Positions 48,033 through 58,355 of a DNA stretch of 64,000 nucleotides are shown here, in pieces. Source of the DNA: an uncultured virus (IMG/VR IMGVR_UViG_3300022876_000185) (Duplodnaviria > Heunggongvirae > Uroviricota > Caudoviricetes); the IMG/VR virus record IMGVR_UViG_3300022876_000185, one strand, 5' to 3'. A program made the translations under genes and the position numbers. Below the pieces are notes generated by a model. That model was given only the letters and a program-made list of their open reading frames with translations. It was not told the origin of the DNA and ran no database searches. How positions within the stretch are numbered: position 1 is the first letter of the stretch; each line of letters begins with the position of its first letter.

Positions 48033-49034
48033 CTAAGTTGTTTTATGCGTTTTCAATAAATTAACAACTAACGTTGAATGGTATTCTTTTACAAATCTTT
48101 CGCTTTTATTTATAACTTCCTGTTTTACACTTCCATCAAGTTTGCAAAATTTTTCCGTTAAACCCAACGAATTAAAGAAGCTACGCGTAGCTGAGTGTGA
48201 ACCGTAATTTGCTCCCTCAAGAAAATCTTCTGAGGAAGGAGGTTGTATATTGTTTTCTAAATCATACTTAGATACAGAAAATGAAATATCATCGAATAAA
48301 TTTTCTTCTTCTTCCTCAAGGGATACTCCTTCATTTAAAAATAATAGATACGAATATATATATAATTGAGAATAATATGGTAGTTCTGGTAGCACTTCAT
48401 CTATAAAGATATCTAAATCTAACACGTCTAAATCTTCATTGTTATTTTTAATTGGCTTATTCCCAAAATTACTTGCAGCTAATTCACTAAACGTTTCCTG
48501 CGCCAAATTAATGGTATCCAGTTTTTCTTCAATTATGTATATTTTTGATTTTAATAAATCCGCTGCTTCGTTAATTATTCTACTTGATTCAGATAATGTT
48601 TTAGAATCTAAATTTAAAGTTGCTTGCTCAATTTTGTCAGCTGATACAGCTATTTTCTCACTTGAAAGATTACTAGATAAAGTTTGGAACAAAGTAAATC
48701 CTATTGCTACAACTGCTAAAATAATTGAAATAATGGTTCCGGCAAATCCCCAATGATCAATCACTTCACTATTTTCTCTATATTGATAAGTAAATAAACT
48801 AATTGATCCTAAACAAATCATTAAAAGCCAGTATAATAAATCTTTAACTTCTATCCAACTTGTTAAAGATTTTTTCTTTAAGTCCTTTTTAAAAAGTGGT
48901 GGAATTTTTACTATTAAAGTAAGAATTACTATAGTAATAATTAGCATAGTTGGAACTACTAACAACCACCAAGCATTAAATTCAACAGAAACCGTATTTT
49001 CCATAAATACTCCTTTATAAACAAATAATAACAA
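48033..49034 (-). CDS. AT-rich moron, three-TM membrane protein with cytoplasmic domain
   Basis: FAGTIISIILAVVAIGFTLFQ motif; flanked by hairpins; start probably 49004. Confidence 0.7.
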   Translation of the reverse strand: MLLFVYKGVFMENTVSVEFNAWWLLVVPTMLIITIVILTLIVKIPPLFKKDLKKKSLTSWIEVKDLLYWLLMICLGSISLFTYQYRENSEVIDHWGFAGTIISIILAVVAIGFTLFQTLSSNLSSEKIAVSADKIEQATLNLDSKTLSESSRIINEAADLLKSKIYIIEEKLDTINLAQETFSELAASNFGNKPIKNNNEDLDVLDLDIFIDEVLPELPYYSQLYIYSYLLFLNEGVSLEEEEENLFDDISFSVSKYDLENNIQPPSSEDFLEGANYGSHSATRSFFNSLGLTEKFCKLDGSVKQEVINKSERFVKEYHSTLVVNLLKTHKTT

Positions 49035-49341
49035 ATTATACTATTATTCTAGGATAAATGGAATAGTAAAAGACTACTTCTTTTGAAGCAGCCCATTTTG
49101 CTTGTTTCCGACATACACGTACAAGCAACGTGTTTATTTTGTAATGGAAATTTATTTAGCGTATTTCCGTACGCTTTTGATAAAACTTGATAATATCAAT
49201 TTACACTGTTTTTTTGCGTAATTCACTATACCTCACAATTACGCATTAAAATATACCTTTCAAAACTAAAGCTCCTATCCCTAACCAACAGATAAAAGGT
49301 AATTTGACTTCGATTTGTTCAATGAACAATTTCTTCAACAT

Positions 49342-49800
49342 TTACATCCACCCCAATCGTTTAGCTGTTTCATCAATCAACATGTTTCGCTTACGTAATA
49401 CTCGTTGTACTGACATATATAATTTATCTGCAACGTGTGACCATTCGTATGCTTCTTGCTTATCAAAATATCGCATATCCACAATTGTTTTTTGGTCATG
49501 ATCTAATTCTTTGTAAAGCTGTTCAAGCGTTGTAATAATGTTTTTCAAATGCTGATAATTTTTATCTTCTGCGAGAATAATAGCTTTATTACCAGTCGTG
49601 TCTGAAATTCGATTAGATTTGCCACCGCCAATATTTGTATCTGTTTCTTGGTGTGCATTCAACAGTTCCCATTCACGATAGCGTAACTGCTTTTTAAGCT
49701 CATCTAAACTTGACCAATATTCTTCTATAGTTTTATTTTGTACTGTTGATAATTTACTCATATGCCCTCCACAATTTATAAATGGCATTTTGTGCTTCAC
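49342..49800 (-). CDS. RinA-family late transcriptional activator
   Basis: NIGGGKSNRISDTT...MRYF...W..VADKLYMS; inverted repeat TGCGTAATT/AATTACGCA downstream (49215-49245). Confidence 0.85.
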   Translation of the reverse strand: MKHKMPFINCGGHMSKLSTVQNKTIEEYWSSLDELKKQLRYREWELLNAHQETDTNIGGGKSNRISDTTGNKAIILAEDKNYQHLKNIITTLEQLYKELDHDQKTIVDMRYFDKQEAYEWSHVADKLYMSVQRVLRKRNMLIDETAKRLGWM

Positions 49801-49847
49801 TACTCAATAACGTAGGTATGTGCAGCACCTACTTTGTTTGTTAATTC

Positions 49848-50573
49848 TTATTTTCTTACTAAAGTTTTATCAATACAAACTTTGTTTCGTGAAGCTTCAA
49901 GTTGATTGTTCTTTTCTAATTTTGCTAAATTACGTTTCGATTTATTTCTCAACTCGTTATAACGTATTTCCATTTCTTTATTCTTAGATTCTAAAGTAGA
50001 ATATCTTTTTTTTATTTGTTTATACTTGGCTTCTAATTCTGCATACTTATCTTCCACTTCCTTCAATTCACAGTCGTGTTTTTGTTGATTATCTTCAACA
50101 TCTTTTATATCTTCAAAGCCGAAAAGCAATGCAGTGACAATTACTCCAAGACAATAGCCATAATCCGTCAGCCCAGGTAAATTAACTGTAAATATATCCC
50201 CTCTAATACCTGCAGCTATCAAATAAGATGCCAAGAAAAAAATTATGATTGGTATTACAATTACTATAAAAAATACTGTTCTCTTAAATTTAGTTAAGAA
50301 TTTATTATTAGCAGTAATTTTTTTCTGTTTATTTGATAAGTCACCGGATTTGTAAACAAAGAGAGCAGGGAAAGTAAAGATTATAAAGTTAGCAATTATA
50401 TAAATAATTGAATCTGCTATTTTATTATCTATACCCAGTAATCCTAGCGGAAATTTACCAGAATTCAATAGTCCTGCAAGCATAACGCAACTAGCTAGTA
50501 TTGCCCAACCAATTCCAATATAAAAATAATTCAAATTCAAATCTTTCTTCATATACAAATTAACTCCAATCAT
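49848..50573 (-). CDS. AT-rich moron, four-TM protein with C-terminal coiled coil
   Basis: Four hydrophobic segments, then heptad repeats. Confidence 0.7.
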   Translation of the reverse strand: MIGVNLYMKKDLNLNYFYIGIGWAILASCVMLAGLLNSGKFPLGLLGIDNKIADSIIYIIANFIIFTFPALFVYKSGDLSNKQKKITANNKFLTKFKRTVFFIVIVIPIIIFFLASYLIAAGIRGDIFTVNLPGLTDYGYCLGVIVTALLFGFEDIKDVEDNQQKHDCELKEVEDKYAELEAKYKQIKKRYSTLESKNKEMEIRYNELRNKSKRNLAKLEKNNQLEASRNKVCIDKTLVRK

Positions 50574-50665
50574 TAAAAATATAGTCTTTTATGATTATAG
50601 AGTTAGATTGTATGTATTGGAATAAAATTCATATTCTTAAGTATCTAAAAACACATCCAGTTCTA

Positions 50666-51190
50666 CTACTCCATATCCACACGCTTTTTACTATCCTCAA
50701 CATTGAAGTTATCTGGATAACGCATTTTCAATTTATCTATGTTTATTTTGCAAATTTGTTCAAGTGATGAATCGTAGAATTTAGCTAATTCGATTAAATT
50801 TTTGATTAACATTTTTAATGCTAATTTCACTTTACTTGAATTCAATTCATGACGATGAAACACATACTTTTTAACTTGTTCTGAAATCTCACCAGATAAG
50901 ATAATGATTTTATCAATTATGCTTTCTCTTGAGCCTTCCACAACATAATTAGCTAATGGCTCATACGTTTCATTTAAGAAGGTTAATAGTCCAAATGCAT
51001 AATGCGCTACATCACCCATTTCCTTTAAAATTGCTTCACGATCATTAGCAGCACCTAATACCTCTGCACATTCACCAATAAGGCCTAAAGCATAATTTGT
51101 TAAGCCGTTTTCATACTCCACATTATTTTTAGGCTCACCCATGAAAGGCATTGTACGCTTCGATAACTCTTGAAATTTATTTAGTTCCAT
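50666..51190 (-). CDS. MazG-like nucleotide pyrophosphohydrolase (tandem domain)
   Basis: ALGLIGECAEV...KEMGDV, a second degenerate copy, NIDKLKMRYPD; start MELNKFQ. Confidence 0.8.
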   Translation of the reverse strand: MELNKFQELSKRTMPFMGEPKNNVEYENGLTNYALGLIGECAEVLGAANDREAILKEMGDVAHYAFGLLTFLNETYEPLANYVVEGSRESIIDKIIILSGEISEQVKKYVFHRHELNSSKVKLALKMLIKNLIELAKFYDSSLEQICKINIDKLKMRYPDNFNVEDSKKRVDME

Positions 51191-51404
51191 TGTGTGATTC
51201 CTCCAGTAGTTCAGGGTTTTCGTAAATGCTACCAATACGAACATTCTTATGGTCATTGTCGTGGTAAATTTCCCAAAACTCTCCCTTTCCGTCAGTTACC
51301 TCTATTGTCTTTTTCTTATGTTTGACGAAAATCGATTTTCTAGTAGGATTCTTTTCAGAAGCCCAACCATTTTCGATGATGTCACCAAAGCTAAATTTAA
51401 TCAC
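51177..51404 (-). CDS. Small phage protein with YopX-like C-terminus
   Basis: IGSIYENPELLE. Confidence 0.6.
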   Translation of the reverse strand: MIKFSFGDIIENGWASEKNPTRKSIFVKHKKKTIEVTDGKGEFWEIYHDNDHKNVRIGSIYENPELLEESHNGTK

Positions 51405-51670
51405 TCACATTCCTCCATTTTTGAGTTTTCCAATTCAATTAACTTTTGTATATAAGTAATTGCTTTTTCTAAATCGCGAACGTTATAGCCATTCTTTTTC
51501 CCGTATCGAGTTAAATATTTAATTGCATTAATTCTGTGAAAACCAATACATTCATCTAAATTAAAATTTTCATCAGCAAACGCCCACACATCAATTTTGC
51601 CTTCATGATAATGATCTGAATCTGGTCTATTCTCAGTATTTTTGATTTGCTCATTTATTGTTGTCATCAA
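51401..51670 (-). CDS. DUF3310 (SaV-like) protein
   Basis: HYHEGKIDV...NAIKYLTRYGKKNG...DLEKAITY. Confidence 0.85.
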   Translation of the reverse strand: MMTTINEQIKNTENRPDSDHYHEGKIDVWAFADENFNLDECIGFHRINAIKYLTRYGKKNGYNVRDLEKAITYIQKLIELENSKMEECE

Positions 51671-52044
51671 CTTATTACCTTTCTTCTCCTCAAATTATTC
51701 TTAGTAATAATTCCATTTTTCTTTTTCCAATTTCTAATTGTGCATGGTGATACTTTGTACATTTCAGCGATTTCTCTATCCAATTTTTTATCTTTTTTTA
51801 ACTCCAAATACTCAGCTTTAGTCAATGTGAATATTGGCTTTGGACCAGACTTTTTATTTTTTGAATCAGTTTTAATAACCCTTCGCTTATTCACCAGTTT
51901 CATTAACTTGTCGCCATACTTGCGGAGCTGTTTACAATTTGAACAATGATTATATTCATTGGCCGCCTGACAATTACATTTGTTTGTAAGTGCATCAACC
52001 TTTTTCAATATTGCTACACGTTTCTCAAGCATTTCTGCGTTCAT
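51667..52044 (-). CDS. Zn-finger plus HTH phage protein
   Basis: CNC...CSNC and DREIAEMYKVSPCTIRNWKK. Confidence 0.7.
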   Translation of the reverse strand: MNAEMLEKRVAILKKVDALTNKCNCQAANEYNHCSNCKQLRKYGDKLMKLVNKRRVIKTDSKNKKSGPKPIFTLTKAEYLELKKDKKLDREIAEMYKVSPCTIRNWKKKNGIITKNNLRRRKVIS

Positions 52045-52264
52045 CTACATCCCACACTTTCTTGGTATGCCAGCCTTCATGTGTATACTGTTGCACCCAT
52101 TCTGATTTGTAAGGCATAATGACACTTGCTTCACATCCATCAACGATGATGGCCATTTCGATATAACGTGTAAATGGATTGGGTATGGCCTTCCACAATC
52201 TACCCTGTGGCTGTTTTGACTTCTTCACCGACTGAACAATAGGAATCCCATTGCGCATGTTCAC
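52025..52264 (-). CDS. Hypothetical phage protein
   Basis: Coupled ORF in the early/middle operon. Confidence 0.55.
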   Translation of the reverse strand: MNMRNGIPIVQSVKKSKQPQGRLWKAIPNPFTRYIEMAIIVDGCEASVIMPYKSEWVQQYTHEGWHTKKVWDVDERRNA

Positions 52265-52269
52265 GATGG

Positions 52270-52809
52270 TTAGAACGCCCCTCTCTTTAAGTAGTTCTTC
52301 ATCTGGTAATAGAAATGGTAGTAAATAAAATTCCCACTAAACTTATTATCTAAGTAGACAATTTCAAAGCCGTAACGAGCTTTGAAAGTATTTAACGAGC
52401 CAAGTAATGCAAGTGGATCGTATTTACTTCTGTAGTTTCCGTTTAGTATTTTTTTATAGCCTTCAGGATCTTCAAGTAGGATTGTAAATGGCATATCCTT
52501 TGCTCGAATTAATTCATTTTCAAAGCGTGTACGCTCGTCCTTACCTAAGTTGCCTACAATCTCATCTACGCTTGCTTTGCGTTCAACTCCACTGTTCAAA
52601 TAAATATCTCGCATGATGCCAAGCTCTTCGTTTTTAGGTAGCATAGCTGTGTAATCGCCAGTGTCAAGTTTCTTTAATTTGATTGGAACATCCTTGCTAC
52701 GTAAATATTCAAGAATATGACCGTTTACTTGTTCGCGAGTATCAACCACGATTGTCATGGATTTTAAGATTTTATTTAGTTCAGTATCCGTGTAATGGTA
52801 GTGAATCAT
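52270..52809 (-). CDS. ERCC4-domain nuclease (resolvase-like)
   Basis: VVDTREQ, LDTGDY and VERKAS motifs. Confidence 0.9.
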   Translation of the reverse strand: MIHYHYTDTELNKILKSMTIVVDTREQVNGHILEYLRSKDVPIKLKKLDTGDYTAMLPKNEELGIMRDIYLNSGVERKASVDEIVGNLGKDERTRFENELIRAKDMPFTILLEDPEGYKKILNGNYRSKYDPLALLGSLNTFKARYGFEIVYLDNKFSGNFIYYHFYYQMKNYLKRGAF

Positions 52810-53126
52810 TGTGAATCACCTTCTAATTCTTCAACCTCCACCTCTACCCACTCAAAATGTTTCATTATGTGTGTATAGCCAGCGTTGCAAATTGCATCTT
52901 CACCAAATTTCTCAAAAATGGCTTTTTCCCAATTTTTCATCCATTCTTCAGCTGCACTTTTATCAAAAATGATATTTGCCTCGTTTAAATCTTTTGTTAT
53001 CTCAATATCTTCATCTTCTGCATAGTATTGAGGAATTTCGTTATCATTAAATTCATCTTTTAAGCGTAAAACCCACGCTTCCTTTTTCATTCTCTTAACC
53101 TCCTCATTTTCGCCTAATACCAGCAC
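52806..53126 (-). CDS. Hypothetical acidic phage protein
   Basis: ORF with GGAGG RBS before MKKEAW. Confidence 0.55.
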   Translation of the reverse strand: MLVLGENEEVKRMKKEAWVLRLKDEFNDNEIPQYYAEDEDIEITKDLNEANIIFDKSAAEEWMKNWEKAIFEKFGEDAICNAGYTHIMKHFEWVEVEVEELEGDSQ

Positions 53127-53199
53127 CGTACAGATGTTCTATTTACAAGTTGGATATATTTATCATCCGTCCTTTAAAACGTCTTAAAACGTCTGTAAA

Positions 53200-53622
53200 T
53201 CACTTATTTTGATTAGCATATAAAACAGCACTTTCGTACAATTTTTTCTTAATGATATTTGAAGCTTCATTTTCAAATTGTCGATAGTCTTCATAAATGT
53301 CTTTCCATCCGTTCTTAGTTAATGTTTCTTGCCACTCCATGAACAACATCAATGCATCGACATCCTCGCATATCCATTCATTCAACTTTGGATTGTGCTG
53401 CCATCCACAGGCTTGATGTATCATCATTCGCATGTGTTTATCGATACCATTAGCTTCTTCCCAAGATTTAAGCCACTTTTTTATATCTTCAAAAATTACT
53501 TCTCCAGCCTTTATTGCATCAACTGGAATGTTATCACCATGATCTATATGAACATCATTTTCTTTCAGATAAATCGTTGCTCCTGATTTCCAAATGATTG
53601 ATAGAAACATTAAAACTTGCAA
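53200..53622 (-). CDS. Hypothetical protein downstream of the primase/origin region
   Basis: 140-aa ORF, GAGGTGA RBS, TTG start. Confidence 0.6.
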   Translation of the reverse strand: MQVLMFLSIIWKSGATIYLKENDVHIDHGDNIPVDAIKAGEVIFEDIKKWLKSWEEANGIDKHMRMMIHQACGWQHNPKLNEWICEDVDALMLFMEWQETLTKNGWKDIYEDYRQFENEASNIIKKKLYESAVLYANQNK

Positions 53623-53639
53623 TCTATCACCTCACAATT

Positions 53640-53900
53640 AATGAATAGTTAAAAATCCGTTATCAAATTGTTACGGAAAATCACTATAAATTATCGAAGT
53701 GTTACTAAAAATAACTCTTTTGAACCTTAGAGTCCCAAGGGTTTGGAGATTTTCGTTATTTTTATTACTCGTTCTGGGGATTACGCTCTATATATAATAT
53801 ATATTTATATTTTTTTATTTTTTATTAATATACAAAACAAATAACAAAAGTAATTATTATAAATAAAAACTACCTTCAAACCGTTGATACATAAGGATTT
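53640..53900. other. Probable phage replication origin
   Basis: Non-coding, multiple GTTA(C/T)/TAAC repeats and an extreme AT tract (53788-53830), directly after the primase-helicase gene. Confidence 0.5.
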
Positions 53901-56282
53901 CTAAGAGATTTTAAAAGTGTTACTTTTCATAACTTTTTCTTCGCTTTCATCGTTTTCTAATAATTCTTGTTGGGTAAAACTACTTTTTCGTTCTATTAAA
54001 GTAACACCGAAGATGAAGTATTTATTTCCTGTACCGCGTTCACGTTTAAAACCTTGTGATTCTAAGATTCTATAAAACGCTCGATTTTTTAATTGATGTT
54101 CACCATTTTTATAGCACCAGTTGGAATAAACCTCGTATAACTCTTTTGCTTCAATTTTCATTCCGTCTTGCTTGTAACATCGTTCAAACATAAACGGTCC
54201 AAGAATGTCCATTTCGTCTTTATAATCACCTGTAGCTTTCATAACGATCCTTGGTTCATTCAACCCCATCTGCTGCCACTTCAAGCAACCTTCGATAGCC
54301 CAATTCAAGATGCCTGGCATTTCAAGTGACAACTTTTCAGGTAGCTTTTTATCACGCTTTTCCTTTGGTAGTTGTAGGTTAAATGGGATTAATCGAATAC
54401 GCCTCCAGATACCTTCGTCTACACCTTTGATTACTGGTTTATGGTTAGTCGTAAAGAACACCTTGAACTCTGGAATGAACTCAAAATATTCTTGTCGTAG
54501 AAAGCGCGCTAATACTGGCTCCCCACCTGTAATTTGCTTTACGAAAGCTTCCGACAATTGTTCTCCATCTTCCGATTCAATCGCTGATACAAAACGGCTG
54601 CCGACCAATCGGGCAATGTCATTGTTCGCTCCAGTTTCCTTTTTCTTAATAAACGTGTCCGATTTAGCTTGTTTGCCGTATTCGCCCATGAGGTCCTTAA
54701 TCGTATTAATAAACGTTGATTTACCATTGCTACCCCCTCCAATTAGGAAGACCATGATTTGTTCGCTTATTTCACCTGTTAAGCTGTAGCCTATTAGACG
54801 TTGCATGTACTCAATCAACTCTTCGTCACCCTGAAATATTTGCACTAAGAAACTTAACCATTCAGGACATTTTGCTGATTCATCAAACATGATATTTGTT
54901 ATTTTTGTTATGCCGAGCTCACGATCATGTGGTTGCAACTTACCTGTTTTCAAATCTACGATGCCATTTGCAACATTGAATAAATATTTATGTCGATCAA
55001 ATTCTTCTCGATCACCTGGTACAAGCGACATTAAAAACGACAAGCTATTTTTATGAACATTTAATCGCTCACACATCTTCGCCCATTTTTGTTCGCCTTC
55101 ATCTTCGGATTTGTACAACCCTCGTAAGACCTTAGCTGCAATACGATAAATTTCTTTCCTGTTATCAATCTTCCATCGCTTGCCGTCCCAAATGAGCCAG
55201 CCCATGTCATTTACATATTTGATTGCATGGCCGTATTCATCTGCTATTCTTTCAGCGTTTCCTAGTTCGGTTAAACGAAATTTCTTTTTCGGCTTGTCCT
55301 CCACAGCCTCTTCATCATTACCATGAAAGTCAAACGAAAATTCTTCATAATGTTGCTGGTCTAACACAGTTGTGGTAGTGGAGGAAATGGCTTCAGCTAT
55401 TGTACGTTCACCATACGTTTCACCTGTATCGCTAAAGTGAATCCTGTCCCATTTGTCACGCATAAGGCTTGTTTCCCTAAACATTGAATCCATTCTAGAA
55501 GCGCTTTTACCAGTCCAAAATGCCAAATGATTACACAATGCTAAATCACTAGATGAATGATCATCATTTATTAAATTTCCGTTATACAATGAACGTATTT
55601 CATCACCACTTTTTGACCTGAACATTCGCTCCCAAAGCGCATCATTTGAAAGTTTAATTTCATCATTTTCATATTCAGCGAGGTTCACGCGGCCTTTTAT
55701 GTCGCTATCATCAAAATACTTTTCAAAAATCTCTGCCAGCTCGTCAGTACGATCATATATTTGATTAGAATTCTCACGATTGCCAGTCATGGTGAAGTAA
55801 CGGCCATATTGGTAAATTTCTAAACCATGCTTTGCACTTTTACGACCAGTACCTACTACAGACTGTGGAAGGCTACCCTTGATAATGATATGAATGCCTG
55901 TACCACTCACGCTAAACTCGGTATAGCTGTCTAATGTATCTATAATTTCTTGAGCAAAAGTGTTAACTATTGGATTGGCCTTATTCGTATCATCTGCTGC
56001 ATACGTGACGCATTTATCAATATCAATACCGATATAACTGTCTTGTCGTGAGAATACGAAGCCTATCCCATCTGCATTTGATTCTGTATAAAACTTGGCT
56101 GCTGTTGCAAATGAGGACCATGTACGACGGTCATTACTTCTAGCTTCGTTCCCATCTACTTGATACGGTATTTTTGTATATCGGCCACCTTTTTCTTCTG
56201 CCCTCCACAGAATCCATTGGTGTAGCATTCGTAATTCTGAAGGTATTTCATTAAAATTAATTGGTATTTTCATATTTTTCAC
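53901..56282 (-). CDS. Primase-polymerase fused to a P4/D5-family SF3 helicase
   Basis: YIGIDIDKC, EFSVSGTGIHII, LTELGNAER, GGGSNGKST and VKQITGGE motifs. Confidence 0.95.
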   Translation of the reverse strand: MKNMKIPINFNEIPSELRMLHQWILWRAEEKGGRYTKIPYQVDGNEARSNDRRTWSSFATAAKFYTESNADGIGFVFSRQDSYIGIDIDKCVTYAADDTNKANPIVNTFAQEIIDTLDSYTEFSVSGTGIHIIIKGSLPQSVVGTGRKSAKHGLEIYQYGRYFTMTGNRENSNQIYDRTDELAEIFEKYFDDSDIKGRVNLAEYENDEIKLSNDALWERMFRSKSGDEIRSLYNGNLINDDHSSSDLALCNHLAFWTGKSASRMDSMFRETSLMRDKWDRIHFSDTGETYGERTIAEAISSTTTTVLDQQHYEEFSFDFHGNDEEAVEDKPKKKFRLTELGNAERIADEYGHAIKYVNDMGWLIWDGKRWKIDNRKEIYRIAAKVLRGLYKSEDEGEQKWAKMCERLNVHKNSLSFLMSLVPGDREEFDRHKYLFNVANGIVDLKTGKLQPHDRELGITKITNIMFDESAKCPEWLSFLVQIFQGDEELIEYMQRLIGYSLTGEISEQIMVFLIGGGSNGKSTFINTIKDLMGEYGKQAKSDTFIKKKETGANNDIARLVGSRFVSAIESEDGEQLSEAFVKQITGGEPVLARFLRQEYFEFIPEFKVFFTTNHKPVIKGVDEGIWRRIRLIPFNLQLPKEKRDKKLPEKLSLEMPGILNWAIEGCLKWQQMGLNEPRIVMKATGDYKDEMDILGPFMFERCYKQDGMKIEAKELYEVYSNWCYKNGEHQLKNRAFYRILESQGFKRERGTGNKYFIFGVTLIERKSSFTQQELLENDESEEKVMKSNTFKIS

Positions 56283-56302
56283 CTTTGTATCTCATTGCAG
56301 GC

Positions 56303-56536
56303 CTAGCCTTCACTTTTTCTGCCATTTGTTTCCCTACTTTCTATTTGACTTCGCTTTAACATAATCACTCGTTTAGGAAAACCATACTTCTTTCTAACTT
56401 CATCCCTTGTCATTCCATGTTCGATACGACAATGAGCCTTTGTGATAATTTGTCCTATATGATGACATCCATCTACTGGACATTTGACTAACTCATCCCC
56501 CATTGAATTCCATGATGAATTTGCCATTTTTCCCAC
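56303..56536 (-). CDS. Small Zn-finger (MucR-like) protein
   Basis: CPVDGC...HCRIEHGMTRDEVRKKYG. Confidence 0.65.
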   Translation of the reverse strand: MGKMANSSWNSMGDELVKCPVDGCHHIGQIITKAHCRIEHGMTRDEVRKKYGFPKRVIMLKRSQIESRETNGRKSEG

Positions 56537-56605
56537 CTTCTCCGCAAAATTTGGGTATAAAAATAGAGAAGTCCGCCTAAAACAGACCTCTCTATTAAGT
56601 TTTAT

Positions 56606-57067
56606 TTAGAATGGAACGTCATCTTCACCAACAACGATTGGCCCACCTTGAGGTACTGGGGCTCCTACTTGTGATTCCTTGAAGCCTTTTACCTCTGGAT
56701 ATTTGTTTCCGTTGTAATCACGATGCCCCACTGTAACTACTAAATTCTTGTGTAACAATGTATCTGCCCATTCTTTATAAGAATTGAATGTTAGACCATC
56801 AGGGAATTTAGCTGCTTTTGAAATGGCTTGTAAACGCCACATAGATTTTTCAGAGATTGTAAAATTGTCATACAGAATTTTTTGACCTTGGTGATTTTGC
56901 GGAACATCCGAACGAATTTCGTAATCCACTGTAATTTTGTTGTTACCATTAGTTGATTTACCCATTTCATAGTTAATTACAGTTACTTCATAGTCACCGA
57001 TAGCGATTAATTCAAATCCACCTTTTGCTTCTTCGTGATTAATTTTGAACATATTATTTTCCTCCAA
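56606..57067 (-). CDS. DUF669 ssDNA-binding-like protein
   Basis: GDYEVTV...acidic tail EDDVPF; follows the Sak4-like ATPase. Confidence 0.8.
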   Translation of the reverse strand: MEENNMFKINHEEAKGGFELIAIGDYEVTVINYEMGKSTNGNNKITVDYEIRSDVPQNHQGQKILYDNFTISEKSMWRLQAISKAAKFPDGLTFNSYKEWADTLLHKNLVVTVGHRDYNGNKYPEVKGFKESQVGAPVPQGGPIVVGEDDVPF

Positions 57068-57992
57068 TTAATTTGATAATTTTATCGACCATAGCTACGG
57101 TCATATTTTCTAGTTGAAGATTTGCTTTAAACTCGCAATCCGAAACGATCTTAGCTACATTAGCATCTGTGGAAGACAACTCACGAATCTTAGCTACACT
57201 ACTTAAACGATTAGCTTCTTCCTCTTCACGTCTTGCTCGTTCCTCTGCTTGTACATCAATACCTAATTCAAGGTAGCGATAAAGTTTTGAACCAATTTCA
57301 GGTGTGATAATAAACTCATCATCTTCAAATAAATTTGTAATGTCTTTACTTACTCTTGCCATATGGTCCATTCCGATAGAGAACACAGTATCAAACTCAT
57401 ATTCCATATCATCTTTTTGAACTGGCTTCATACCAACCTTTTTAGGTACGTTTTTGCCATCGACTTGCTCAATTACATAATCACTTTTAACTCGTAATGT
57501 TGTAATCATGTGGACGGCAGCAGTTGTTAAACCTTTTACTAACTTGCTAGATTCAGGAGCAAGCTTACCCCAGTTTTGAAACGAGTTACCTTGCATCCCA
57601 CCGTGAGTTTCAACAACCCCACCTTCGCCTTGCCATTGATGCGAAAGGCTGTCCACAATAATAACCTCTACACCTTGTTGCATTAGCAATTTAATTGCCA
57701 TATTGTATCGATCTGTATTAAATGGTGGTTCGAAATTGATATATTTAAATGAACCAATAGTGACATTTCCATGAGTTTGTCCAACATAGTTGAGTAAACG
57801 TTTGTGCTCTGTATCAGCAGCACCGATTTTCTTCCACAATTCTTCATCTGGTAAATCAGGATGTGCTTCTTTTACAATCCCATAAGCTAGAAGTAAGGCC
57901 GACAACGATTTACCACTACCTGATGGGCCAACTAAACCAATTAAGGCCTTCTGTTTCTCGCGTATTGCATCAGCTACTTGCATGCCTTCCAC
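57054..57992 (-). CDS. AAA_24/Sak4-like recombination ATPase
   Basis: GPSGSGKS, IIVDSLSHQW and EYEFD motifs. Confidence 0.85.
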   Translation of the reverse strand: MEGMQVADAIREKQKALIGLVGPSGSGKSLSALLLAYGIVKEAHPDLPDEELWKKIGAADTEHKRLLNYVGQTHGNVTIGSFKYINFEPPFNTDRYNMAIKLLMQQGVEVIIVDSLSHQWQGEGGVVETHGGMQGNSFQNWGKLAPESSKLVKGLTTAAVHMITTLRVKSDYVIEQVDGKNVPKKVGMKPVQKDDMEYEFDTVFSIGMDHMARVSKDITNLFEDDEFIITPEIGSKLYRYLELGIDVQAEERARREEEEANRLSSVAKIRELSSTDANVAKIVSDCEFKANLQLENMTVAMVDKIIKLIGGK

Positions 57993-58004
57993 ACTCCCCT
58001 TCTA

Positions 58005-58343
58005 TTAAAATGGCACATTATCAGTAGGTGCATCTTGCTTCGTTCCTGCATTCGCGAATGGATCTTCGAATTCTGCTAATTTTTCTTCAGTATCCACTTC
58101 ATCGATTGTTAATTGACCATCTGGCGCATCTTCTTTTTCAGGACGCTTTTCCATTTCTTCCTTAGCTGTGCTGTATGTGCGTTCAAGGTCCACTAGAAAG
58201 TAGAAACCTTTTGAATTATGCTTTTCGTGAATCTTATGCATTGTTAGTGAATCATCTTGTTTAGCTTCAGTAACAATTTCCTCTGCCTCTTTAGATGAAT
58301 CTGCATACCAACGTTCTTTTTGGTTAAGTAATGTTTTTGCCAT
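58005..58343 (-). CDS. Hypothetical phage protein with acidic tail
   Basis: Ends DNVPF; coupled in the operon. Confidence 0.6.
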   Translation of the reverse strand: MAKTLLNQKERWYADSSKEAEEIVTEAKQDDSLTMHKIHEKHNSKGFYFLVDLERTYSTAKEEMEKRPEKEDAPDGQLTIDEVDTEEKLAEFEDPFANAGTKQDAPTDNVPF

Positions 58344-58355
58344 TGAATTATCCTC

